Below, one piece after another: positions 1 through 10,674 of a stretch of DNA of 64,000 nt. Position 1 is the first letter of the stretch; every line of letters starts with the position of its first letter. Below the pieces are notes generated by a model. The model saw only the letters and a list, made by a program, of their open reading frames with translations. It had not been told where the DNA came from and did no database searches. Both the position numbers and the translations under genes were made by a program. The DNA comes from an uncultured delta proteobacterium (GTDB lineage: Bacteria; Desulfobacterota; RBG-13-43-22): NCBI GenBank assembly GCA_963743305.1, contig CAVUPH010000020.1:1-64000 (forward strand), read 5' to 3'.

Positions 1-349
1 CTCGCGTCGTACGGGGTCAGAGGTACTGACAAATAAGAGAAGGAAATGGACTCCCTCTTTTGTTTCTAATTCAGCTCCTGGAAAAACGATAATGTTGGCT
101 TGTCGGGCCGCCTCTGCAAGGGCCTCGCCGGTGTGGCACCGGCTATGATCGGTGATAGCGATAACCTCGATATTATCTTTCCAGGCAGGCTCGGATTATT
201 GCAGTATGTGGGAGAGTTCGTCAGGAGAATTGAGTCGTGTTCTTTTCTCGCTTGACATACTCAAAGGGGTTTACCTGAAGGGCACAACGGTAGAACCGCG
301 CGCCGCGTGGCAGCTTCAGGGCTTCCATAATGGGGCCGGGAAGATTCAT
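1..349 (-). CDS. N-terminal PHP (phosphoesterase) domain of a TrlF/Ppl-like PHP-ATPase, runs off window, frameshifted
   Basis: Manual translation of minus strand from ATG 349 (GGAGG RBS at 356-360): MNLPGPIMEALKLPRGARFYRCALQVNPFEY... then, after indels, DNIEVIAITDHSRCH...IIVFPGAELETKEGVHFLLLF (PHP motifs ITDH, PGxE, GxH). ATPase part is outside the window and inferred from family. Confidence 0.7.
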
Positions 350-490
350 TGAGGTCCTCCTTTGTTACAGACTTTTCCTAAGCAACCCACCTAAAACGTT
401 TTGATATATCTGATTTGAGCCATCCATGAATTGCTCATTTGAGGAATAGGTGAACTTTGTCATCCGTTTATAAGGAAATTGAAAATTTTT

Positions 491-3095
491 TTAGCGATTT
501 ACTGAATTTGTTATCATCGACCAGTTTTTTCCCCTTGCCATCACAAACAGACACTTCCACCGCTTCTTTCCGCCCATAGCTCACCGACCGCCCTTTTTTC
601 TTTTGAGTCGTCGTTACTCCACAGGTGTTCTCCCTTATATTCCACGGCCAGGATCCGACCGTCTTCCAGCAGGGCCAGGAAGTCCGGATAAAAGCGGTCG
701 GAGGCGGTTTGCAGCCAAAAAGAGGTATCTTTGCGTCGTTCTAAATTCCGCACCCAATACTTAATTTGGGAGCAGACTATCCAAAAACACCGCGCACTCA
801 AATTCTTCCCCTTCGGATCGGAGTTCTCCGATAGCTTTAAAATAATGCTTCTGGAATTTAAATGATCCTTCGTAATACCAATTGGGGGAATAGGCTTCCT
901 CGGATAAAGGCAGGATCAATCCCGGACCGACCTCGGACAGGTAAAGCCTCAGAGCCAAACAATGCTTGCTGATAAGCCTTTTTATGCTGGGTGTGGCGAT
1001 ATTCTTGAATCTTGGCGGTCTATGGCATTCCGAAGGCGGAATTTTTCCCGGGCCAGTTGTTCAATAGTCAGTCCCCGTTTTTCGATCAGATCCTCGATTG
1101 ATTTATGGATAAAAAGACTGGAATAGGCCTGAGGGATATCCGGATGGTAGATTTGACGGTCGATCCAGTTGGCCAAGGCGGCCATAGTCCAACCGGCTTC
1201 ACCGGTCAGCCAGCTTATTTGCTCCTGTATTTGATGAACAAATTGAACCGCAATCATCCCCTTGTCGTCCACATCCACTTGTCCAGTGGCCCCGGACACC
1301 TTTTTAGATGGAAATTCTTCTTCCGACAGCGAAGGGTCTAATTCGGCCAGATTCCAGGGAACATCCAGAAAATGACTTTCTTCAAACAATTCCACCTGGT
1401 CGCCGAATCGAACGGCCATCAAGGGGACTTGAAAGGGATCCTTTGTTTCGAGAGGCGGATCTGTTTCTACCCGTGCACCTTGGACAGCCTGATAAAGCCG
1501 TTCGACCGCCGCTTTATCTTCCGGGAGGTCATAGGATTTGATTAAGGCCTGCTTTTCCCGAAAAGAAAATTCTCCTCCCAAAACCAGCCTGCCGGTGTTT
1601 TGCTCATAAGAAACGGCTTTTGAAGAGATGGGGGGAGCTTGGAAAAATCCGGCGAGCATGAAACCTGTTCGAACAATGGACCACGGATGGAAATAGGGAC
1701 CTGTTCAAAGGGTTTAATGAAGTCAATGGCCTCCATTCTCTGAAAACCATTCTCAATCAAGGCATCCTTTAAAGAATTGGCCGCCTCTAAAAATTTTGGG
1801 GAAGCCACAAAGGCATAGGCCCAATTCAGGGGATCCTGAGTTTTCCTTTTGGCCCCCGGAAGCCGCAGGACCCTTCCTAAAATCTGTTCGACGGCCCGAG
1901 ATGAACCCATTTCGGCCAACGAGCAAAGTATGTAGGCATAGGAACAGTCCCACCCTTCCTTCAGGGCATAGACGGTAATAATGTAGCGGATGGGACAAGT
2001 CCGAGCGAAGATATCCACGTTGTCAATTCCTGGGTTTGACCGGTGGCAATGGCGATCTCCTCTTCGGAAATTTTAAAGTCCTCGATCAGGGTTTTTTTGA
2101 CGACCTCCACGGTCAGGGTTGGTTTTGTCCTGGTTTTTGGGCTGGGCCTGGAAGAGGATAATGGGCCGTATATATTCACCGGAAATTTTTTCTTCGGCTT
2201 CGGCCGCCTTTTCTAAACTTTGCTGCATCTGAAGGGCTTCGGCAATAACCTCCTGCCAGTCTTCATGAGTCCGCAGCTTGATGGGAAGTTTAATCATTTC
2301 CTCGGCTTTCAGTTCGGCAGCCGAGACATGATGCAGGACATTACTGGCAAATAGATCTCTTTCCGGGTTATGCGACGTTTCGGGAGTAGCCGTGAATTCT
2401 ATGATGCAGGAAGGATTAAAGCGGGCCAGGGTATTGAAAGGACAGGGGGGTGCGGGCGTTGTGGGCTTCATCCATGATCACGATGGGTCTCCAAAGCCTT
2501 AGGACATTGGAGAGGGAATGGGGGATGGTTCCATCTTCTCTCTTTTCGATCAGGTCCTTCAAGTTTCCTGGATAGGCCGTAAAAATGATGTTGCAGGGCG
2601 CCGGAATCCTCATAAACCTTCCTCCCTTCCGTATCCTCCACCCGAAGAGCGGCTAAGGTGGAAATGATGATTACGGTTTCGCTCTTCGAGGGCGTTCCTT
2701 TGGATATAAAGGGCTTCGGTGATATCCATCACCCTGACCAGACCATCAAATTGATCATCGATAACTTGTCGGTAGGGATGCTCACGGTTGCGCAAGGCCG
2801 CTAAAGTCTGTTCGCGAATGGCATTGGAGGGGACCAACCACAGGCAGACGGTCTTTTCTCTTTGCAAGTAAGTCTTGGCGACCATCCCCAGGGCATGGCA
2901 GGCCATCAAGGTCTTGCCGCCGCCGGTCGGCACGCGCAGGCAAACATAGGGCAGTTCCGGCAGTTGGGGGACGGATCGGTAAGGCCTTTCGGTTTGGATC
3001 ACAAAGGCCCTTTTTGCCCCATCCTGGGTGACCAGACTCAGATAGGATTGTAAGGCATCGAGACTTCGTTTTTGATATTCCCGAAGGGGGAGCAT
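491..3095 (-). CDS. res: Type III restriction-modification Res subunit (SF2 helicase + PD-(D/E)XK nuclease), multiple frameshifts
   Basis: Consecutive ORF fragments give LREYQ, VPTGGGKT (Walker A), DEAH, LKEGWD, QILGRVLR and C-terminal FYPDF...AVEYKG; directly downstream of mod. Confidence 0.88.
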
Positions 3096-3097
3096 AT

Positions 3098-4695
3098 TCA
3101 GCTCACTTTGATATCATAGGGAATTTGTTTGAAGATGATCCTTTCCCTTTTAAGCCGGTTTTCCCCAATCCGGCAGCCCTCCCCATAAACAACCCGAGGA
3201 CCATCATGGGGAGGAAGTTTTTGAAGGAGTTCGCGGGTCAACACATTCCCGCCTTGGGGTCGTTTGTCCCCCATCACCCCATTAAACAAAAGATAAACAG
3301 CTCGCCCGTTATGAATACCAAGAAGGGGGGTATTACCCTGGGCCGGTTTGGGAATGGGGGTTCCGGTTTCGGTAAAGAACACATGGGCCGCCAGGTCCGG
3401 ATAGGCAACAGTTTCCCGGATATTTCCGGATTCGTCAAAAAGAGGTTCACCCAGTGAGCAGAAACGGAATCCCCCTCCCAGACCGGGAGTATTGTTATAT
3501 CCTTCTATGACCCGGGTCAGTCTCTGGGCGGTCACATTGCGGCAAATAGAAGGGTCCATCTCCACCAGGATAAAACGACGGTTGCCCCCATCATCTTGGT
3601 TTAACCCCAAGACAGCATGGCCTGTGGTCCCACTGCCGGCAAAAGAATCCAAAACCAGGGAATCTTTGTCGGTAGCGATTTCCAGGATACGTCGAATCAA
3701 TCGGGTTGGTTTGGGGGTAATAAAAACGGAAGCGGAATCCTCGAAGTCACAAATGGCTACCAGCTCTTTTTTGGCATCCTGGGTATGACCCACTTCTTGA
3801 TAGGTCCATAATGTTTGCGGAACAACTCCTTGTTTGACTTCGATAAAAACCTTTTAAGCTGTGGAATAGAATCCCCTTTTTTCCCCCACCAAATTCTTTT
3901 GTCTGCATCGAGTTCTCTAAATTTTTCTTCCGAATATCGCCAATATGCCCCTTTGGGAGGACCAGGGATTATACGTCCTGAAGGACATGTAATTGAATAT
4001 GTTCCTTTACTATACGGATTTCTCGCATCTAATCCACTTGGTTTCCAAGGTCCACGGGGATCATTGTCTGGATTTTTATAGGCCTTGTCCTGTTTTAAGG
4101 TTCGAGATATGAGATTTGGTCGCCATTCTTCGGCATACTTGGCATATACGATTATATAATCATGGTCTTCCGAAAAATGCTTGGCCGAGTTCTTAGGGGA
4201 ATAAACCTTTTGCCAAATCACGGTGGCGATAAAATTACGGGGGCCAAAAACCTCGTCCATAACTTTCCGGAGGGAATGGACTTCGTTATCGTCGATGCTG
4301 ATAAAGATAGCCCCATCTTCGGTCAAAAATTCCCTTAAAAGAGAAAGCCGGGGATACATCATGCACAGCCATTTGTCGTGTCTGGAAAGATCTTCGGCCT
4401 CGGCCCCGACCACCTTCCCGAGCCAATGTTTCATTTCCGGACTATTGACGGCGTCGTTATAAACCCAATTTTCGTTGCCGGTATTGTAGGGGGGATCGAT
4501 ATAGATACATTTAACCTTGCCGGCATAATAGGGGAGCAGGGCTTTGAGGGCCAAAAGATTATCGCCCTGGACCAGTAAATTTCCGCTGTCCGGGTCCCCA
4601 ACGGACAAAGCTTCTTCAGACCGCAGCAGGTGATAAGGAACCTGCCGGTGGTGGTTTAAAACCGCTTTTTTACCAATCCAATCAAGTGTAGGCAT
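3098..4695 (-). CDS. mod: Type III R-M Mod subunit, N6-adenine DNA methyltransferase (one frameshift near 3800-3840)
   Basis: MPTLDWIGK start, IYIDPPYNTG catalytic motif, HDKWLCMMYPRL, TPKP and LDSFAGSGTTGHA SAM-binding motif across ORFs 3757..4695 and 3098..3793. Confidence 0.92.
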
Positions 4696-4698
4696 AAT

Positions 4699-4956
4699 CT
4701 AAAATCGATCAATTAAATCATGCCCGCCAACAAATTTAAGGATGTAAATATAACCCTCCTGTTGGAATAGGCACCGGTATTTCTTGTCCACATAGAATTC
4801 CCAATGGTCTTTGATACGGTGAATCTTTAGGGAGGGATGTTTGGGGTTTTGGGCCAAAAGTTTCAGTTGTTTCTGAAACTTGGCTTGAACAGCTACCGGG
4901 AGGTGCTGATATCCTCTCCGGAGTGTTTCAGTGAGGACAATTTCAATCTTTGTCAT
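4699..4956 (-). CDS. RelE/ParE-superfamily type II toxin
   Basis: 85 aa basic protein with NPKHPSL..H.I..WEFYVDKKYR...VGGHD pattern; overlaps upstream small gene. Confidence 0.7.
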   Translation of the reverse strand: MTKIEIVLTETLRRGYQHLPVAVQAKFQKQLKLLAQNPKHPSLKIHRIKDHWEFYVDKKYRCLFQQEGYIYILKFVGGHDLIDRF

Positions 4957-5194
4957 TTAACCAGGCAATCGCTTGATCGACATTCCGCCCGGATACACGG
5001 ATAACCCTACCTTTTTTTAAATCTTCATCCGATTTTGCAATCTCCTCTTGTACTTGGGGAGATTCAAAAAAAGCCAATCGTTCCAATTCCTTTTGCATGT
5101 CCTTGAATTTTTTATAACTCAACTGGACGGCGCATCGCTTACCTTGCCGGTTCACGATGAATTTAACATCTTGGTCGGTTAAAACCAGCGACAT
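4943..5194 (-). CDS. Putative antitoxin
   Basis: 83 aa, upstream of and overlapping the toxin; C-terminal EIAKSDEDLKKGRV typical of RelB/Phd-like antitoxins. Confidence 0.65.
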   Translation of the reverse strand: MSLVLTDQDVKFIVNRQGKRCAVQLSYKKFKDMQKELERLAFFESPQVQEEIAKSDEDLKKGRVIRVSGRNVDQAIAWLNDKD

Positions 5195-5229
5195 AACTCG
5201 CGCCTTTCTTTCTCCTTTAATTGAGAATA

Positions 5230-5259
5230 ATTATATCATGACTTTATGCCCATGTGCAA
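5230..5259 (-). promoter_or_regulatory. sigma70 promoter for TA/R-M operon
   Basis: TTGCAC-N18-TATAAT with TG extended -10 on minus strand. Confidence 0.55.
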
Positions 5260-5277
5260 GATTTCCTGCTTTTTTAA

Positions 5278-6582
5278 TTATTTACCCTTCCCGAACACCC
5301 TCTTAAAAATCGCATCCACATTCTTCAAGGTGTGGTCCAGGTCGAACAGGGCCGCCAGCTCTTTGGGTTTCAGCCACTTCTGAATGCGGGGATCGGCGGC
5401 CAGCAGGTCTTGAAAACGATTTCCCTCTCCGGCCCAGACCTTCATCGCATTTTCCTGGACTACCTTATAGGCCTCCTCGCGGCTGATCCCTTTGCGGGTC
5501 AGGGCCAGGAGCACCCCTTCGGAGAAAGGCAGGCCGCGGGTGATCTCCAGGTTGCGCTTCATGTTTTCCGGATAGACGATCAGGTTTTTGATCAGGCCGG
5601 TCAGGCGGGCCAGCATGTAGTCCAAGAGGGTAGTGGCATCGGGGCCGATGACCCGCTCCACCGAGGAATGGCTGATGTCCCGTTCGTGCCAGAGGGGCTG
5701 GTTTTCCAGGGCCGACAGGGCGTAACCGCGGATCAATCGGGACAGGCCGGCCAGGTTCTCCGAGGCGATGGGATTGCGTTTGTGGGGCATGGCCGAGGAG
5801 CCTTTCTGTCCTTTGGAGAAATATTCTTCCGCCTCTAAAACCTCCGTCCGTTGGAGGTGTCGGATTTCCACGGCCATCTTTTCGATGGATCCGGCCAGGA
5901 TAGCCAGGGCGCAAAAAAACTCGGCATAGCGGTCCCGCTGGACGATCTGGCTGGAGGCCGGGGCGGGTTTGAGCCCCAGCTTTTTACAGACATAGGCTTC
6001 AACGGACGGGGAGATGTGGGCGAAGGTCCCCACCGCTCCGGAAATCTTGCCGACGGCGATGGTTTCCCGGGCCTGTTCCAGACGCCGCTGATTGCGTTTG
6101 CTTTCGTCGTACCAGATGGCCAGTTTCAGGCCGAAGGTGATGGGCTCGGCATGGATCCCGTGGGAACGGCCGATCATCACTGTTTTCTTATGGCGGAAGG
6201 CCTGTTCCCGGATCGCTTCCTGCAAGGCCTTCAGGTCGACCAATAAAATATCCGCGGCTTCCTTCAACAGGATGGCCATGGAAGTATCCAGCACATCGGA
6301 AGAGGTTAAGCCCAAATGGATGTGCCGGCTGGCCGGTCCCACGTGTTCGGCGACACTGGTCAGAAAGGCGATGACGTCGTGCTTGGTTTCCAGCTCGATG
6401 GCCTCGATCCGTTCCACGGAGAAGCGGGCCTTTTTTTGGATCGCGGCCAGGTCTTTGGGAGGAATATACCCCAGTCCGGAGAGAGCCTCACAAGCGGCGA
6501 TTTCCACCTCCAGCCATTTTTGATAGCGTGTTTCCTGGTTCCAGAGTTTTTCCATAATGGGACGGGTGTAGCGAGAAATCAT
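5278..6582 (-). CDS. purB: Adenylosuccinate lyase
   Basis: MISRY start, HDVIAF, GRSHGIHAEP, GSSAMPHKRNP signature. Confidence 0.97.
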   Translation of the reverse strand: MISRYTRPIMEKLWNQETRYQKWLEVEIAACEALSGLGYIPPKDLAAIQKKARFSVERIEAIELETKHDVIAFLTSVAEHVGPASRHIHLGLTSSDVLDTSMAILLKEAADILLVDLKALQEAIREQAFRHKKTVMIGRSHGIHAEPITFGLKLAIWYDESKRNQRRLEQARETIAVGKISGAVGTFAHISPSVEAYVCKKLGLKPAPASSQIVQRDRYAEFFCALAILAGSIEKMAVEIRHLQRTEVLEAEEYFSKGQKGSSAMPHKRNPIASENLAGLSRLIRGYALSALENQPLWHERDISHSSVERVIGPDATTLLDYMLARLTGLIKNLIVYPENMKRNLEITRGLPFSEGVLLALTRKGISREEAYKVVQENAMKVWAGEGNRFQDLLAADPRIQKWLKPKELAALFDLDHTLKNVDAIFKRVFGKGK

Positions 6583-6605
6583 AACAGCCTCCTAATCAAA
6601 AGGAT

Positions 6606-6684
6606 CGTCACCCCGGCGAAAGCCGGGGTCCAGGGCATTTTGGGCTCCGGGTTTCCTGGATCCCGGATCAAGCCCGGGATGACG
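6606..6684. repeat. CGTC-family REP-like palindromic dimer
   Basis: CGTCACCCCGGCGAAAGCCGGGGTCCAG ... CTGGATCCCGGATCAAGCCCGGGATGACG. Confidence 0.75.
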
Positions 6685-6862
6685 ACGAAAAAAAATGCCT
6701 AGAAGCGGAGTTCGATGTTAATTTCGTATTAACTCCCACAAAGAAACCCGTGGTGTCAACCTGAAAAATGGTCGGGTTTGATTTGACAGACCCTTCAATC
6801 CAGGTTAAGCTATCCCCTAACCGATCGAACCCTTCTTCAACCGGGAAACAAAAGGAGCAGCC

Positions 6863-9559
6863 ATGGCCGCCCGCAAACGTTCCGCCCTCATATTTTTTGG
6901 AATTATTTTTCTTCTCTTTGTTTTTGGTTCCAGCCTCCTGGGATTTTATACCGAATGGCTCTGGTTCCAATCCTTGGGCTATGCCTCGGTTTTCCTCCGC
7001 CTGTTAAATTTCAAATTCATGTTGGCCCTGGTTATGGGAGTGGTTTCGGGGCTGATTTTTTATGCCAACGGTCGGATCCTTTTTCGGCTGGCCCACCAGA
7101 CGGTTTCGGCCGGTCCCCGTCAGTTTCCCTTCACGATACCCCTCTGGCTGGAAGAAAAACTGCAGCGTTTTTTGAAACCCGCGGCCATATTGGTCGGGAT
7201 CTTATTCGGAATGGCGGCGGCCGGACAATGGGAAAACCTGCAACTTTTTCGGAATGCCCTGCCGGTCGGAACCAAGGATCCGGTTTTTCAGCAAGATATC
7301 TCTTTCTATCTCTTCCGGCTGCCTTTTTTGGAATACCTGAGAGGGTGGTTCGGCGGTCTGTGGTTCCTCTGCCTGATCGCGGCGCTGGGGATCATCATTG
7401 TCCGTTTCCAGTTTCAGTACTCCGATAAGGGCTTCAGCGTTCAACCCTGGGTAAAGAAATATTTGGCGGCCCTTCTGGGAGTTCTTTTTTTCTATCTGGC
7501 CTTTTATTTTTATCTTTCCCGTTATGATATGTTGTTTACCGGCCGGGGAGTGGTCTTCGGCCCGGGTTTTGTGGATCAGAACTATGTCCTACCGGCCATG
7601 AACCTCATGGTGATCATCGCGGCCTTTACCGGGCTGGTCTTTTTTTCATTAATGTTCAAATCGAATGGGAAGATCCTTACGGGAGTCCTGGCCGCCTTTA
7701 TCGCGATCTATTTGATCGGCGTCCAGGCCCTGCCGGGGATAGTCCAGCGTTTTGTGGTCACCCCCAATGAGATTCACAAGGAAACGCCTTACCTGGCCCG
7801 CTATATTCAAGGGACCCTGCAGGGTTTTGGGTTGGACCGGGTGGAAGAGCGCACTTTGACGGCGGCCACCTCCCTGACCCCGGCACTAATTGAAAACAAC
7901 CAGTTGACCGTCAAGAACATCCGCCTCTGGGACCATCACCCGCTTCTGGAAACCTTCAGCCAGCTTCAGGAGATCCGAACTTATTACAAGTTCCAGGCCG
8001 TGGATAACGACCGCTACCTGATCAACAATGAATACCGCCAGGTGTTGCTGTCTCCCCGGGAACTGTCCTACGCCGACCTGCCCAGCAAGGGCTGGATCAA
8101 TGAGCACCTGGTTTATACTCACGGCTACGGACTGACCCTGGGGGTGGTAAACCAGGTGACCCCGGAGGGGTTGCCGGCCCTGCTGATCCAGGATATTCCC
8201 CCGGTTTCCAAAACCAACCTGCAGGTCACCCAACCGGAGATCTATTTCGGGGAGATCGAAAACGATTACATTATCGTCAATACCCGGCAGAAGGAATTCA
8301 ACTACCCTTCGGGCGATCAAAACGTCTTTGCCAGCTATCAGGGAAAAGGCGGCATCCGCATGGGCGGATTTCTAAAAAAGGTCCTTTGGGCCATGCGTTT
8401 CGGGTCCTTTAAAATTATCCTTTCCTCGGATATCACCCCGGAAAGCCGAATTCTGTTCACCCGTTCCGTTTTTAACCGGGTCCAGAAGGTGGTACCGTTT
8501 CTCCAAGTGGATCGCGATCCCTATCTGGTTGTATCGCAGGGCAAGTTGTACTGGATCGCCGACGCCTACACTGCTTCCGACAACTATCCCTACTCCCGAC
8601 CTGTTCGCCGCCTGGGAAATTACATTCGCAACTCGGCCGTGGCGGTGGTGGACGCCTACGAAGGCACCGTGCAGTATTATATCAAAGATGAAAAGGACCC
8701 TTTAATTAAGGCTTATGCCCGGATTTTCCCGGGGTTGTTCCAACCGCTGTCGACCATGGCCCCGGATCTAAAAAACCATTTGCGCTACCCCCATTATCTT
8801 TTTAACCTCCAGGCCAATCTCTACGCCACTTACCACATGAACAATCCCCAGACCTTTTATAATAAAGAAGACCTCTGGGAAATCCCGACCAATCTGCGCT
8901 CGGGCAAGAAGGACATGGAACCGTACTATACCATCATGCGCTTGCCGGGGGAAAAGAAGGAGGAGTTCATCCTGATGATCCCCTTTACCCCGCAAAAAAA
9001 AGACAACCTGGCCGCCTGGATGTCGGTGAAGTGCGATTTCCCGGATTACGGTAAATTCGTGGTCTATCGCTTTCCCAAACAGCGTCTGGTCTATGGGCCC
9101 AAACAGATCGAGTCCCGCATCAACCAGGACCCGGAGATCTCCCGCCAGCTCTCCTTGTGGGACCAGCGGGGCTCCAAGGTCACCTTGGGAACGCTGCTGG
9201 TCATCCCTATCGAGGAATCCTTGATCTATGTGCAGCCCCTGTATATCAAGGCCGAGTCGGGACAGATCCCGGAATTGAAGCGGGTCATCGTGGCCTATGA
9301 GAATCAGATTGCCATGGAAGAGACCCTGGATAAGGCCCTGGCTCGGATCTTCGGACAGGAGGGCAAAAAGGCGAAAGAAGATAAAATCCCCGAGGCGGGA
9401 GCCGTTAAATCCGAAGGGGGAAAACCTTTGCCCGATCTAGCCTGGCAGTATTTAATGAAAGCCAAACAGGCCCTGCGGGAGGAGAACTGGACCGCTTATG
9501 GACAGGCCCTGAAAGACCTGGAGCAGTTGCTGAAGCAGATGAAGGAGGCTAAGAAGTAA
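6863..9559 (+). CDS. UPF0182 family membrane protein
   Basis: TEWLWFQSLGY, DPVFQQDISFYLFRLP, NIRLWD, QLQEIRTYY, HLVYTHGYG motifs. Confidence 0.95.
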   Translation: MAARKRSALIFFGIIFLLFVFGSSLLGFYTEWLWFQSLGYASVFLRLLNFKFMLALVMGVVSGLIFYANGRILFRLAHQTVSAGPRQFPFTIPLWLEEKLQRFLKPAAILVGILFGMAAAGQWENLQLFRNALPVGTKDPVFQQDISFYLFRLPFLEYLRGWFGGLWFLCLIAALGIIIVRFQFQYSDKGFSVQPWVKKYLAALLGVLFFYLAFYFYLSRYDMLFTGRGVVFGPGFVDQNYVLPAMNLMVIIAAFTGLVFFSLMFKSNGKILTGVLAAFIAIYLIGVQALPGIVQRFVVTPNEIHKETPYLARYIQGTLQGFGLDRVEERTLTAATSLTPALIENNQLTVKNIRLWDHHPLLETFSQLQEIRTYYKFQAVDNDRYLINNEYRQVLLSPRELSYADLPSKGWINEHLVYTHGYGLTLGVVNQVTPEGLPALLIQDIPPVSKTNLQVTQPEIYFGEIENDYIIVNTRQKEFNYPSGDQNVFASYQGKGGIRMGGFLKKVLWAMRFGSFKIILSSDITPESRILFTRSVFNRVQKVVPFLQVDRDPYLVVSQGKLYWIADAYTASDNYPYSRPVRRLGNYIRNSAVAVVDAYEGTVQYYIKDEKDPLIKAYARIFPGLFQPLSTMAPDLKNHLRYPHYLFNLQANLYATYHMNNPQTFYNKEDLWEIPTNLRSGKKDMEPYYTIMRLPGEKKEEFILMIPFTPQKKDNLAAWMSVKCDFPDYGKFVVYRFPKQRLVYGPKQIESRINQDPEISRQLSLWDQRGSKVTLGTLLVIPIEESLIYVQPLYIKAESGQIPELKRVIVAYENQIAMEETLDKALARIFGQEGKKAKEDKIPEAGAVKSEGGKPLPDLAWQYLMKAKQALREENWTAYGQALKDLEQLLKQMKEAKK

Positions 9560-9668
9560 GGCGGGTACTGGATAAAGTCGAGAAACGATGCGGATCGCCG
9601 GAGAAAAAAATTGGAATAATGGAATGTTGGAATAACCGACCTGCTGATCCCTGGAAGGGCGGCCGGCG

Positions 9669-10541
9669 TTATCCCAGGAAGGGTTCCGGCGGTGGCTCCG
9701 GAGTTTTTTCTATGCGCAGGCGGCGAACCCGGCGGCTGTCGGCCTCCAGCACGGTGATTTCCAGATCCTGATGAAAGATCTTTTCGCCGGCCTTGGGCAC
9801 CCGGCCTAAGAGATGGATGATAAACCCCCCCACCGATTCGAAATCCCGTTCTCCGATTTCCAGATTAAAATAGTTTTCCAGGTCTTCGATTTCCAGGCGG
9901 GCATCCACCTCCGCCCGGCCTTCATCCAGAGGAATTAAGCGGGGTTCCTGACGGTCGTATTCGTCCTCGATCTCTCCGATAATCTCCTCGATGATGTCCT
10001 CCATGGTGACCAGCCCCGAGATACCCCCGTATTCATCCAGAACCAGGGCCATGTGAAATTTTTGACCCCTTAATTCCTTCAGCAGTTGAACGATCTTTTT
10101 GGTCTCTGGAACGAAGACGGGCTGGCGGATCACTTCCGTTGGCAGGGATTGATCGGTGGGCTGTCCCCAGTAGAGTAAAAGGTCCTTTACATGAAGGAGC
10201 CCGATTACATTGTCCAGATTTTCATGATAGAGGGGAAGGCGTGAATGGCCATGTTTGACCATTAAATCAATAATCGTTTGAATCCGGGTGTCGGCGTCCA
10301 CGCCGACGATCTCGGTGCGAGGCACCATGATTTCCCGCACGATGGTGTCCTTAAACTCGAAGATGCTATGGATCATGTCCCCTTGTTCGGGGGTCAGGAG
10401 ACCCTGCTCTTCACCCTGGTCGATGAGTTCCTGAAAATCTTTCTCCAGGATCGATTCAGGAGTGGACTCGGATTTCTTTTTGAACAGCGACCGGACCTGG
10501 TCGATCAAACTGGGAGGGTGATCTTCTGTTGAATTGCTCAT
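9669..10541 (-). CDS. HlyC/CorC family CBS-domain transporter-associated protein
   Basis: VREIMVPRTEI, HSRLP, LDEYGGISGLVTMEDIIEEIIGEIEDEYD, C-terminal CorC domain. Confidence 0.92.
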   Translation of the reverse strand: MSNSTEDHPPSLIDQVRSLFKKKSESTPESILEKDFQELIDQGEEQGLLTPEQGDMIHSIFEFKDTIVREIMVPRTEIVGVDADTRIQTIIDLMVKHGHSRLPLYHENLDNVIGLLHVKDLLLYWGQPTDQSLPTEVIRQPVFVPETKKIVQLLKELRGQKFHMALVLDEYGGISGLVTMEDIIEEIIGEIEDEYDRQEPRLIPLDEGRAEVDARLEIEDLENYFNLEIGERDFESVGGFIIHLLGRVPKAGEKIFHQDLEITVLEADSRRVRRLRIEKTPEPPPEPFLG

Positions 10542-10552
10542 AACGATTAGAA

Positions 10553-10580
10553 ATTATACCAAATTTCTTTTCCAAGTCAA
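10553..10580 (-). promoter_or_regulatory. sigma70 promoter just upstream of corC-like ATG
   Basis: TTGACT-N16-TATAAT (TG-extended), 11 nt before ATG. Confidence 0.6.
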
Positions 10581-10674
10581 ATCCAATCTTTCCTGGTTAG
10601 TCCTTGATTTTTGAGGATCAACGGGTTAGTTTATTCAGTGCCCGGTCACGGATAGCGGCAAGAAGGATTAACGG

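Noticed and set aside
221-223. In-frame TGA in the PHP-domain gene as a second Sec codon
   Set aside because: Downstream PHP motifs are in a different frame, so indels explain the break; no Cys-motif context or SECIS.
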